This document shows, piece by piece, positions 41,826 to 52,071 of a stretch of DNA of 64,000 bases. The position numbers were made by a program, and so were the translations under genes. Each line of letters begins with the position of its first letter. The stretch's first letter is position 1. Where the stretch lies: positions 64,001 to 128,000 of the forward strand of contig CAWEPK010000001.1 of assembly GCA_963810935.1 (NCBI GenBank), written 5' to 3'. This DNA comes from an uncultured delta proteobacterium (GTDB taxonomy: Bacteria; Desulfobacterota; Syntrophorhabdia; Syntrophorhabdales; WCHB1-27). Under the pieces are notes generated by a model. That model made no database searches and was not told the DNA's origin. It saw nothing but the letters and a program-made list of their open reading frames with translations.

Positions 41826-43284
41826 ATGCAAAACCAGGAGCAGTTGGAAAAAATCGTAGGAAAGAGGAACATGAGCGACGCGCCGGAGACCCTCTCGCGG
41901 TATTCGAGCGATTATAGCTTGGTTCCCTCGGGGATGCCCGACGTAGTCGTGCAGCCTAAGGACAACGAAGAAGTATCGGCAGTGGTGAAATGGGCCAACG
42001 AGAATGACGTGCCGGTAATCCCGGTCAGCTCGCCGGTCCATTTTTACGGCTGCACGATACCCAAGCAGGGCGGAGTGGTCGTCGATCTGGCCAAAATGAA
42101 CAAGATTTTTGAGATCGACACATACAACCGCAGGGTAAGGATAGAGCCGGGCGTAACCTGGAAGCAGTTGACGGACGAGCTGAGCAAGAAAGGCATGAGG
42201 ATGATCATGCCCTTACTGCCTCTGGCCGAGCGGTCCGTGCTTACCGATTACCTCGAGCGCGAAGTGCCGACCAATACCGTATACGACTACGGCGAGCCGA
42301 CCCAGAGCTTCGAGTCTGGTTTGGCCGACAGGCGAGATATTCAGGCTCGGCTCCGCGAGCGTCAACGGCTACCCCGACTCGCAATCGAAGGGCGCCAACC
42401 CTTCGGGCCCGGGCCTCGACTTCTACCGCTTCCTGCAGGGCGCCCAGGGCACGATGGGCATCGTCACGTGGATGAACCTCAAGATCGAGTTCGAGACGAC
42501 GATCGACAAGATTTACTGCGCGCCCGTCGAAGACCTCGCGTACGTCCAGGAATTCCTGTACAGGCTCCTGCCGAGGAGAATAGGGCAGGAAGTCGTCCTC
42601 CTGAACAACGTCGATATGGCTGCAATCCTGGCCGAAAAGTGGCCGGACGATTTCGAGAAGCTGCGTGCGGCTCTGCCGCCGTGGTCCCTCGTCATGATAA
42701 TCAGCGGACTCAAGAGACGGCCGGAAGAGAAGGTGGCTTACGAAGAGAAGTACCTCAACAACCTTATCAAGACCGAGTTCCAGAAGATCAAGCTGTCCGA
42801 CAGCCTCGCGGGCTTCCCGGGAGCGGGCCGTAAGCTCCTCTCGATGCTGCGCAAGCCGTGGCCTTCCAACAAGCCTTACTGGAAAAACGCTTGGAAGGGC
42901 GGCAGCCAGAGCCTCTTCTTCATCGGCAGGCCGAACGTAACGCCGCTCTACGTCGAGATCGTAGAGGAAGTGGCGGCGAGATACGGCTATCCTATGGCGG
43001 ACATCGGCATGTATATCCAGCCCATAGAGCACAACCGCGCGGCTCATGTCGAGTTTACGTTCTTCCACGACCCGGACGACGCCGAGCAAAAGGCGGCCGT
43101 CGGCGCCCTCTATATAGAGGCGGCGAAGGCCCTGATGGCCGAAGGCGGCTTCTTCTCGCGGCCTTACGGTGACCTGGCCCCCATCGTGTACGAAAGGGCG
43201 GCGGGTTACACGACGGCCCTCAAGCGGGTAAAGAAGGTCTTCGACCCGAAGAACGTCCTGAACCCCGGAAATCTCTGTTTCTAA
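41826..43284 (+). CDS. FAD-binding oxidoreductase (GlcD/VAO family); +1 frameshift at about 42315
   Basis: PDVVVQP, GGVVVDL..MN, EPGVTW, then GAQGTMGIVT and C-terminal FDPKNVLNPG. Confidence 0.88.
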
Positions 43285-43294
43285 GGAGGATACG

Positions 43295-44611
43295 ATGCCA
43301 AAAGATCGCTTCGATACACCTAAAAAGCCGGTCGCCCTGGACGTGACCGCCCTTGATAACTTTGCATACGACATGAGTCGCTGCATCAAGTGCAAAGGCT
43401 GCTACTGGGTAGAACATACCTATATGCCCGGCGTCCGGTTCAGCACCCGGTGCCCGAGTAACGTTTGGAACGATTTCGATTCTTATGGCGCTTTCGGCAA
43501 ATGTAGGATCGGTCTGGCCGTCCTTGACGGCAAGCTGAAGTGGACGCCGAAGCTCCTGGAGATCATTTACGCAGACCCCCTGTGCGGCGCTTGCGACGTG
43601 GGCTGCAAGAGGAACCTCGACCTCGAGATAGAGCTTACACTGGAGGCGCTCCGTGTAAGGGCCGTCCAGGACGGCGCGGGCCCCATGCCTGCCCACAAGA
43701 AGATAGCCGAGAACATCGATAAGAAGCAGAACCAGTTCGGCGCGCCCGCCGCTAACCGCAAGAAATGGGTCACCAAAGACATCAAGGTTGCGCCGAAGGC
43801 GGACGTCCTTTATTTCGCGGGCTGCTCCTCGTCCTACGTCAACCCGGAGATCGCCCAGGCGACTGCCAAGATCCTGAACGGGTCCGGCACGCCTTTCATG
43901 ATGCTCGCAAACGAGTCGTGCTGCGGCAACACGGTTTATTCCGTCGGCATGGTCAAAGAGACCAAGAAGATCGCCAAGGCCAACATAGATAAGGTCAAGG
44001 CGAGCGGGGCGAAGGTGCTCCTGACGAGCTGCGCCGAGTGCTACAGGACGTGGAAGGTCGATTATCCGAAAGTCCTTAATATATCGACGGACGACCTCGG
44101 GTTTAAGGTTGTCCACCTCATAGAGTTTGCCGACGACCTGATGAAGGCCGGCAAGCTGAAACTCAAGAAAGCCCAGGACATCAGGATGACCTACCATGAC
44201 TCGTGCGGCGTCAGCAGGCTTTGCGACCCGTGGACACCCTGGAAAGGCGAGAGGGGCTGGATGGGTATGGTGGAGCCCAGGCTGAAAAGGCGCCGGGGTA
44301 CGACCGGCCTGTACGCCCAGCCGAGGAACCTCCTGTCCGCCATTCCGGGCGCGCAGTTGGTCGAGATGCCGCGCATAAGAGAGAACGCATTTTGCTGCGC
44401 GGCCGGCCGCGGCACAAAAGCCGCCTTCCCGGACCTCGCCAACTCCTCCGCCAGACTGCGGCTGGAAGAAGTGAGGGAAGTGGGAGCAGAGGTGCTCGTC
44501 TCAGCCTGCCCGTGGTGCAAGCAGAACTTCAGCCAGGCGGTCAGGGAGAACGGCGATGGCGTCAAGGTCATGGACATCGCCGAAGTTATCGCTGCCTCGA
44601 TGAAGGCTTAA
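43295..44611 (+). CDS. (Fe-S)-binding oxidoreductase subunit (GlcF/HdrD-like, CCG domains)
   Basis: CIKCKGC, LCGACDVGC, FAGC, ESCCG, SCAEC, YHDSC, FCCAAG, SACPWC. Confidence 0.9.
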   Translation: MPKDRFDTPKKPVALDVTALDNFAYDMSRCIKCKGCYWVEHTYMPGVRFSTRCPSNVWNDFDSYGAFGKCRIGLAVLDGKLKWTPKLLEIIYADPLCGACDVGCKRNLDLEIELTLEALRVRAVQDGAGPMPAHKKIAENIDKKQNQFGAPAANRKKWVTKDIKVAPKADVLYFAGCSSSYVNPEIAQATAKILNGSGTPFMMLANESCCGNTVYSVGMVKETKKIAKANIDKVKASGAKVLLTSCAECYRTWKVDYPKVLNISTDDLGFKVVHLIEFADDLMKAGKLKLKKAQDIRMTYHDSCGVSRLCDPWTPWKGERGWMGMVEPRLKRRRGTTGLYAQPRNLLSAIPGAQLVEMPRIRENAFCCAAGRGTKAAFPDLANSSARLRLEEVREVGAEVLVSACPWCKQNFSQAVRENGDGVKVMDIAEVIAASMKA

Positions 44612-44621
44612 GGAGGGAGTC

Positions 44622-46233
44622 ATGCCTATATCTAAACAAGCATTCAACGCGCTGAACTCCGTCGTCGGCGAGAAATATATCTCCGATGACCCCGCTATCT
44701 GCGAGGGATACAGGTCGGGACCGGGTGGGTATGAGGCCGGCTGCGGCTACGAGCGGGTCATGTGTACGATCCCCGCGGTCGTGATACTGCCCCGGACCAC
44801 GGAAGAAGTGCAGAAGATCGTTAGGATCTGCAACCGCTACAAGGTGCCCTATGTTCCTTACAGCACCGGGTTTTACGGGCCGCGCTCCCATTGCCACGTG
44901 GAGAACGAGCTCCTTATCGACCTGAAGCGGCTTAACGATTATGAGATCGACGAGAAGCACCTGTACGCGGTCGTCGGGACGGGCGTTATTTACTCGCCCT
45001 TCCAGCAGGAGGCGTTCAACCACGGCGGCTACGGCATCATCGGCGGCGGCGGCGCGCAGGCGTCCGTTATCGCCAACCTGATCGGCGACGGCTGGTCGCC
45101 CCTGTCGCACAGGGTCGGGCTGCCGCACAGGAGGATCCTCGGAACGGGAGCTGGTCCTTCCCGATGGAGAGATAGTGAAGATGGGCTCCCTCGCAGTCGG
45201 CGACGACCCGTTCTGGGGCGACGGCCCCGGCCCGGACCTCAGGGGCTTGCTCAGGGGCTTCACGGGCCTGCGCGGCTGCCTCGGCATCGTCACGAAAATG
45301 GCCGTGAAGCTGTTGCCCTTCCAGCCGGAAAGGCTCGAGCCGACGGGCATCGCGCCGAATACGGGCCTGAGCTTGCCTGAGAAGCGTGTGAAGTGGATTA
45401 ATTTCCAGATGCCGACAAAAGAAGCCCAGGTGAAGGGCATGCTCGCGATAGGCCATGCGGAGGTGGCCGGCGCCGTGACGAAGGTGCCCCTCTTCTGGAG
45501 GGCGATTGCCAAGGCGGAGTGCAAGGAAGAGTTCTGGGACATCTGGGGTAAGGAGAACGAGGATACCATCAAAAACTTTTTCATCCTGCGGGTCCTGCTC
45601 ATCGGCTTTACCTCCGAAGAGCAGATGGAGTATGACGAAAAGGTGGTCAACGACATCATGGCGGAGTTGGGCGGCATCCCGAGACCGACCAAGCCGACCG
45701 ACGAGTCATGGCTCAAGAACGCGGACTCGGCGGGCATGTGGCTCATGACCGGCTCCTATATGTCGGTGGACTACATCATCGAGTCGATGTCGCAGGCGAC
45801 CGTCCACGGCGAGAGCTACGCGAAGGTTAAAAAAGGCTACACGCCTCCACTGATGCCCGACTACGGCGACCCGGGATGGTTCCAGAGCTTCGAGCTGGGC
45901 CACCAGGGCTACTCGGAATTCCTCATTTACTGGGACCACGACGAGGACACGAACGGCGTAGACCAGTTCTACATCGATACGTCGAAGATGAACATAAAAG
46001 AGCGGTATTACACATCGCTCCTCGGCCCTCACCAGCCGCTGTTCCTCACCGGGCCGAAGTACGGTCCGAACTACCACATATTCATGCTCAAGGTGAAGGA
46101 CGAATTCGACCCCATGTGGGTATGCCACCCGCCTGTACCGCTTGCGCACGACGAGTTCGTGGACAGGGCGCCGTGGATGAAGAAGATGAAGGATTGGGAG
46201 AGCCCCAAGAAGCTGCCCATGCCGAAGTGGTAA
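44622..46233 (+). CDS. FAD-binding oxidoreductase (GlcD/VAO family); +1 frameshift at about 45147
   Basis: PAVVILPRTTEEVQKIV.ICN, IDLKRLN, then ELVLPDGEIV, GPGPDLRG, LGIVTKMAVKL, FDP. Confidence 0.88.
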
Positions 46234-46289
46234 GACTGGCGGGATAGCGACAGAAGGCCGCCCGAGCGGGCGCCATCCGAAAGAACAGG

Positions 46290-46323
46290 CAGGCCGGGCC
46301 GTCATGGTCCGGCCTGTTTTTTT
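46290..46323 (+). terminator. intrinsic terminator
   Basis: caggccgggcc-gtcat-ggtccggcctg followed by T7. Confidence 0.8.
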
Positions 46324-46340
46324 GGTGAGCGGGGTAACCG

Positions 46341-48201
46341 ATGGAAAAGAATAGGGCCTTTTCGGTGGAAGAAATCGCCTCCTACCTGGCTGGCCGCCTG
46401 GAACGGCGCCGGAAAGGGGTAGGGGGCAAAGCGGCCGCTCTCAGGCCGCCCGGCAGACAGGGCGGGAGAGCGGCGGGCCGGATAAAAGCCCCGCGCGACG
46501 GCGCCACGGCTGCGGTGGTTGCAGACAGGCTCGCCGGCCTTGTCCTGGAGAAGCAGGACCTTAATAGGCAGGTCATCGCCGACGAGCGCGCCTGCGCGGG
46601 GAAAGAGCGCTCGATAGGGCAGGGCGCACTCCTCGCTGCGATCGGTGCGCCGGAGGGCGCAGACCTGAAAGGCGCCGACCTTAAGGCGCTGGTCGCCCGC
46701 ATCGGCATCAGCCAGGGAGTGGAGAGGCTCGATTGAAGGGGCGAAAAAGCGGCTGGCCGATATCGACAGGGAGACGGCCGCGATGCTGGCCGACCCGGAG
46801 GTAGCGGAGGCCTACCGGAAGAAGACGGCGGACAGGATAGCCGTCATCCGTGCGGCCAGGGACGCCGAGAGCCTGCAAAAACTGATAGAGAAATCGGAGC
46901 TTGCACGGCTGCACCTCGTCGCCCACAGAAACGGGGCGGACCTCGTGCTGTCAGCGGCGGACGAGGAGACGGTAAGAAAGTACGCCGCAGTCTGCGGTGC
47001 TGCGCGCGAGAGGATCGAGCGCCTGATAGGGCGCGAGGACGTCTACTACGAGGCGAAGAGGCGCACCCTCCTCGAATACCGCCGCCAGCTCATGACGGGC
47101 GGGTTCGTGAGGACGGAAAGCGTGAAGGCGCAGATCATGCGGATCTTAAGCCACGTGCGACTGGGCATCCCCGTGTTCCTGCGGGGCCACCTGGGGGTCG
47201 GCAAGACGGAGACGGCGCTCCACGTATCGCGCGCCTACCTCGGGTTCGAGCCCGAGTTCATTTCAGGCTCCGAAGAGGCGACGAAGTACGATATCTACGG
47301 CCGGACGCAGATAGGCATAGGCAGCGACGAAGAGCGGCTTCAAGAGTACGCAAGGAGAATGGAAGAATACCGCCGCCTCCACCCGTCCGCCTCCGGCGCC
47401 GAATTGGGCGACGTCGAGCGCAGCTACTATCGGGCCATTGTCGTCCAGCGGCAGGCGACCAGCTTTTTCCAGTACGGCCCGCTCGTTCAGGCAATGAGAC
47501 AGGGCAAGCCGCTCATCATCGACGAGATGGACGGCATACCGCACTCGATACTGATGCGCATCAACCACGTCCTCACGAGAAGGGCGGGGGACCGCATCAA
47601 GGTGCAGGAGAACGGCGGCGAGGAAATAGCCGTAGAAAAGGGCTTCTGCGTGCTTGCGACAGGCAACGTGAAATCGGCCCGGTACAAGCGTGAGGAGCTC
47701 GATGCGGCCTTCCTGTCCAGATGGTGGTCCGAGGACGTGAGATATCCGCCGCAGGGCGAGGCTTACGAAATCCTTTTGGCCGCGCTGATAGACAAAAGGG
47801 GCGAGCTTCGGATGCGTGCGCCCGGCGGCCTCGAAGACCTCAAACGGCTTACGGAGGCGGCCGCCGAGATACAGCGTATTTTTACAGGCGAGCGGATCGA
47901 TTTCCTGGGCGAAGGTGCGGACGCGACAAGGGGTACGCCCGCGGGCTTAAAGAAAAGTGTCCTTTCCCTGCGCCACCTGTGGAACATCGTCAAGCCGTGG
48001 AAGGCGCACAATTACGACCGCCCGATAGACGACTATATCCTGAACGAGTTCATCAAGCCCGCAGTGGCCGAAGACCAGGTATACCTCGTGCAGTTGTTCT
48101 GCCGCTTCCGTTTTTTCAAGGACTGGACGGCAGACCGTTTCGAGATGCCCGGCCTTACGCCCGACAAGCTGGCTGCGTTCCAGGGAAGACAGGCACACTG
48201 A
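46341..48201 (+). CDS. MoxR/dynein-related AAA+ ATPase with long helical N-terminus (probable +1 frameshift near 46710; alternatively two ORFs)
   Basis: Walker A GHLGVGKT, Walker B LIIDEMD, ATGN sensor, LDAAFLSRW Arg finger; the 46783 frame is open upstream and overlaps ORF 46341-46736. Confidence 0.8.
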
Positions 48202-48202
48202 G

Positions 48203-49633
48203 TTGACATCAACCAAAGACCCGGCACCCGCTATATCCTCACGGCGCATCGTCGATGCCCTCTACGGCCGGCCGGGCGCCGGCAGGGGCGCAAAAAGCAT
48301 CGAGGCCTTCAGGAAAAAAGGCATAGCCAAGCCTGCCCCGTTCGAGGCCCCTGTCTACGCGGGCGACGACCGGGAGTACGTCGTGGACCTTTCCGGGTTC
48401 GATGTAGTCAACGACCCTAGGGACGCAGGGGGCCGCATTGTTTTCCGGGCGACGCAGGGGGCAAAGGAATTCGTAGTCAACGAGAAGGGGGAAAAAGTCG
48501 GAGGCGAATTCGACGAGGCGAGCGACCCGCAGGTCATCGGCGACCGGTTTGCTTTCAGGGCCAGGCGCAGGGACAAGACGTTCATCGTCGGGGCGGACGG
48601 CGAGCGGGTAGGAGGGAAGTACGACGCAGTCGGCCTGCCCCGGTCCATAGGCGGTCATATCGCCTTCCGTGCGCGGCTCGGGGATAACTGCTTTATCGTG
48701 AGCGAGGACGGATCTCCGGCGGGCGGTGAATACGATAGCGTCGGCGACCCGCAGAACATAGGCGGCCGTATCGCATTCCGGGCGGTGCGGGGCGGCAGGG
48801 CGTTCATCGTGGACGGCAATGAGGTGGCGGGCGGTGAATACGATAGCGCAGGCGACCCGCAGAACGTGGAAGGGCGCGTCGTCTTCCAGGCGGCGGCAGG
48901 CGGAAGGCATTTTGTAATGGACGACGCAGGCCGCAGGATAGGAGGGGAATACGACTACGTAAGCCTGCCCCGGTCCATAGGCGGCCGCATCGCCTTCTGG
49001 GCGCGCCTCGGCACGCGATATTTCGTCGTAAGCGAAGACGCCGGCCGCGTGGGCGGAGAGTACGACTCAATCGGCGACCCGCAGGACATGGGCGGGCGCA
49101 TCGCATTCCGCGCGATGGAGCGGATGAAGTGGTTCATCGTCAACGAGAAAGGCGAGCGGGTAGGCGGCCTTTACGATTCCGTGCGCGACCCGGCTTACGT
49201 CTGCGACAGATGCGTCTTCTGGGCCATGCTCAGCCACCGCTACTTTATCGTCGATGAAAACGGCGCAAGGATTGGAGGGGAGTACGACATAGTGAGCGGC
49301 CCGCGCGCTATCGGCGGCCAGGTGGTCTTCAAGGCGGTGGACCGCTTCAGGCAGTTCATCGTGGGCGAGAAGGCGGAGCGGATGGGCGGCGACTACGCTT
49401 ACGTGAGCGCGCCCTATGACATCCACGGCAGGGTCATGTTCCGGGCGCGCTTCGATGCTGGTTTCTTTATCGCCGACGGAGCGGGCAGGAGAACCAGGCG
49501 CGAATACGACGCGATCCACACGCTGCGGCCGCTTGCCGGGGACCGGATGTATATCATCGCGAAAAAGCGGAACGCCTACATGAAAGAAACGTTTGCCATA
49601 GAGAAAGACATGGCCCGTATGGGGGCCGGGTGA
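48203..49633 (+). CDS. tandem beta-repeat protein (11 x ~37 aa)
   Basis: Repeats GGEYDxVxxPxxIGGRIAFRAxxxxxxFIVxExGxRV; no signal peptide. Confidence 0.8.
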   Translation: MTSTKDPAPAISSRRIVDALYGRPGAGRGAKSIEAFRKKGIAKPAPFEAPVYAGDDREYVVDLSGFDVVNDPRDAGGRIVFRATQGAKEFVVNEKGEKVGGEFDEASDPQVIGDRFAFRARRRDKTFIVGADGERVGGKYDAVGLPRSIGGHIAFRARLGDNCFIVSEDGSPAGGEYDSVGDPQNIGGRIAFRAVRGGRAFIVDGNEVAGGEYDSAGDPQNVEGRVVFQAAAGGRHFVMDDAGRRIGGEYDYVSLPRSIGGRIAFWARLGTRYFVVSEDAGRVGGEYDSIGDPQDMGGRIAFRAMERMKWFIVNEKGERVGGLYDSVRDPAYVCDRCVFWAMLSHRYFIVDENGARIGGEYDIVSGPRAIGGQVVFKAVDRFRQFIVGEKAERMGGDYAYVSAPYDIHGRVMFRARFDAGFFIADGAGRRTRREYDAIHTLRPLAGDRMYIIAKKRNAYMKETFAIEKDMARMGAG

Positions 49634-51480
49634 TGAAGAAAATGTCGCGCGCCGTGGAGGCGCAGACTATAGAGGCGGCGGAAAGGTTCTTTGCCGATAA
49701 CAGGCAGGCCATCGCCGACTACGCGGAGTCCGCCGGCCTCGTCTTCGCTCCGGGGGAGCGCTGGTCGATAGACATGGCGGCCGGGCGCGGCACTTACGAG
49801 CCTGTTTTTTTCACGCGCCGAGGCTTCACGGCGGCAGAGAGCATGTGGGCGGTCTGCCACGAGATCGAGCACTTCAGGGACTGGCGCGCCGACCCGGAAG
49901 CCTACGCTGCGCTCTATAAAAGAATAGGCAGAGGGGGCAGGAGACTCGACCTCCTCTACCACGAGATCAACGACATCCTCGCGAACCGCGAGGAAGACCG
50001 CAGGTTCCCGGCCCACATCGAAACGCGCACCATGCTTTACGCGCGGAGGCTGATGCCCCAGACGGACTACACGAGAAGGCCCCGGCATCTGGCGTTCGTC
50101 GATGCTATCCTCAGGGAAAAGGTGCTGCCCGATGAAGAGGTTGCGTGTGTCCCGGAAGTGCGGGCGGAGCTGGACAGGCTGAGGAATATCGACGGCGAGG
50201 GGACGGACCTGATAGAGCTTGTATGTGACGCGGCGAGCCGCGCGGCGGACCGCTTCGATCTGATCAAGGACTACATCGAGCCTATATACGAGAGGTTCTT
50301 TCACCAGGACGTGGAGGAACGGGAGAGGGCGAAGCGGAAGAAGAAAAACGTCGCCGACGGTGACTCGGCAGAGCTGAGCATCGACGGCGCAAAGTCGGGG
50401 ACCGGCAAGGCCGAGGCCGAGGTGGACCCCATGTCTGCGGAGGAATTATTCGCAGGCGAGTACGATGAGGCGGAGCAAAGGCTTTCCAGGGCGCTCTCCC
50501 CTAAAGAGGTCAGAGAGGCCGTGGCTGCCGAGATAGAGCGCCGCAAGGAAGAGCTGAGAACGCCGGAAGAGATGGCCAGGCGCCAGTTCAGGGCGCTCCA
50601 CGGCGTGCCGGTGGAAGAGGTCGAAGACTACGCGGAGCAGTACGCGAAGGTGAGGGAGCATATCCTGCCCCTGCGGGCCGTCTTCGAGCGGGTAATAGCC
50701 AGGCGCAAGGAAGTGAGGCGGCGGCTCAAGGAGCGCACGGACCAGGGGGTCATCACCGACCCTTCGCTTCTCGCCCAGGCCTACATCGACAGTCTGAGCG
50801 GCATCGTCGATTCCCGCACGCAACTGGGCATCAGAATAGAGGAGCTTGACGAGCAACGGCCCCTCGATTTCGAGTTCACGCTGATCTGCGACGTCTCCGG
50901 CTCCATGAGCGAGAACTCACCCGGAGGCAAGAGCTACGAGCAGTGCCTTTGCGCCATTTTGATAACCGAAGCCCTCGACGAGTTCGAGAAGAAGCTCTAT
51001 GAACAGAGGCGCGAGCTGCTGGTCGATCTGCGCGTCTTCACGGAGGTGCGCGGCTTCGGCGCAGAGGACGAAGAGCTGAAAGGCATGAGCAACGCAATCG
51101 ACTACCGGACGCGCGTGGCCGTAAGCAGGCGGTTAGAGGCGTGCACGGGCAGGCGGACGGCCGATTACAAGTCGCTCGCCCACGTGGCCGCCGCCTTGGG
51201 CGGCGTGGCCGCGACTCCGGCAGAGGGCAGGGACCTGAAGAAAGCGGTTGTCCTTATCACGGACGGCGGCAGCGACGACCCGGCGCTGACGAAAGAGGCG
51301 AAAGGCAGGCTCGATACGCTGGGCGTCACGGTGAAGGCGATCCAGATAGGCGAACCGTCGAGCGAAGACATCGAAAAATTCAGGTACGTATGGGGAGACG
51401 ACGGCCTGCCATGCAAAGACGTCTCGCAACTGGCGGCGACGTTGGAGAAGTTGCTGGAAGGGTTGTTGGAAGATTTGTAG
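49630..51480 (+). CDS. VWA domain protein with N-terminal HExxH metallopeptidase-like motif
   Basis: HEIEH; charged linker; MIDAS DVSGSMS...T...ITDG; overlaps the upstream stop. Confidence 0.85.
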   Translation: MMKKMSRAVEAQTIEAAERFFADNRQAIADYAESAGLVFAPGERWSIDMAAGRGTYEPVFFTRRGFTAAESMWAVCHEIEHFRDWRADPEAYAALYKRIGRGGRRLDLLYHEINDILANREEDRRFPAHIETRTMLYARRLMPQTDYTRRPRHLAFVDAILREKVLPDEEVACVPEVRAELDRLRNIDGEGTDLIELVCDAASRAADRFDLIKDYIEPIYERFFHQDVEERERAKRKKKNVADGDSAELSIDGAKSGTGKAEAEVDPMSAEELFAGEYDEAEQRLSRALSPKEVREAVAAEIERRKEELRTPEEMARRQFRALHGVPVEEVEDYAEQYAKVREHILPLRAVFERVIARRKEVRRRLKERTDQGVITDPSLLAQAYIDSLSGIVDSRTQLGIRIEELDEQRPLDFEFTLICDVSGSMSENSPGGKSYEQCLCAILITEALDEFEKKLYEQRRELLVDLRVFTEVRGFGAEDEELKGMSNAIDYRTRVAVSRRLEACTGRRTADYKSLAHVAAALGGVAATPAEGRDLKKAVVLITDGGSDDPALTKEAKGRLDTLGVTVKAIQIGEPSSEDIEKFRYVWGDDGLPCKDVSQLAATLEKLLEGLLEDL

Positions 51481-51712
51481 ATTCCGGGTGGTCTGACTCG
51501 AAAAATACGTGATCGTTTCTCGCGTCCATTGGTTCTAAAATAGCTTTTGCCCGTCGCCCAAGGGAAGGCGCAGAATGCTTTGTTCGCGGCGGCAGCGGCT
51601 GAGAGTGGAAAAATACTGAATGATTTATTCGGCACTCCAATACGGGAAATTAAGGGTGCTTTGTGCTATAATGGACCGAGGTGGGGTGCCGGACTGAGAC
51701 GCGGGGTGGATA

Positions 51713-52057
51713 ATGAAGAAGGAATATGTTGAGATTCTTTTTGAAGACGTAAAAGAGAAATTTGAATTGATCCTCGAAGGTCATGAAGGCCTGCGTCATG
51801 AAATCAGGGACGTGCGCCAAGAGATGAATGAGAAGTTCGAATTGGTTGACGTGAAGATTGGCGCGCTTAATAAGAAGATCGATCACGTGGCAGCCGATCT
51901 CAACGCGAAAATAGATCACGTAGCCGCTGATCTCGGTAGCAGAATAGATCACGTAGCCGCTGATCTCGGTAGCAAAATAGATAACGTAGCGGCTGACCTC
52001 TCCTCCCATCGGGCCGATACGGAAAGTCACCATAGAGGGTACAAAGTCTCGGAATAG
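51713..52057 (+). CDS. small coiled-coil protein with 11-residue repeats
   Basis: (I)D[HN]VAADL repeated four times with an 11-aa period. Confidence 0.7.
   Translation: MKKEYVEILFEDVKEKFELILEGHEGLRHEIRDVRQEMNEKFELVDVKIGALNKKIDHVAADLNAKIDHVAADLGSRIDHVAADLGSKIDNVAADLSSHRADTESHHRGYKVSE
51878..52009 (+). repeat. 33-bp coding tandem repeat x4
   Basis: atagatcacgtagccgctgatctcggtagcaRa-type units at 51878, 51911, 51944, 51977. Confidence 0.85.
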
Positions 52058-52071
52058 CTTCAGCCTTTATC

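Noticed and set aside
51878..52009. 33-bp repeats as a CRISPR array
   Set aside because: Head-to-tail with no spacers, in frame within a coding ORF, and no cas genes
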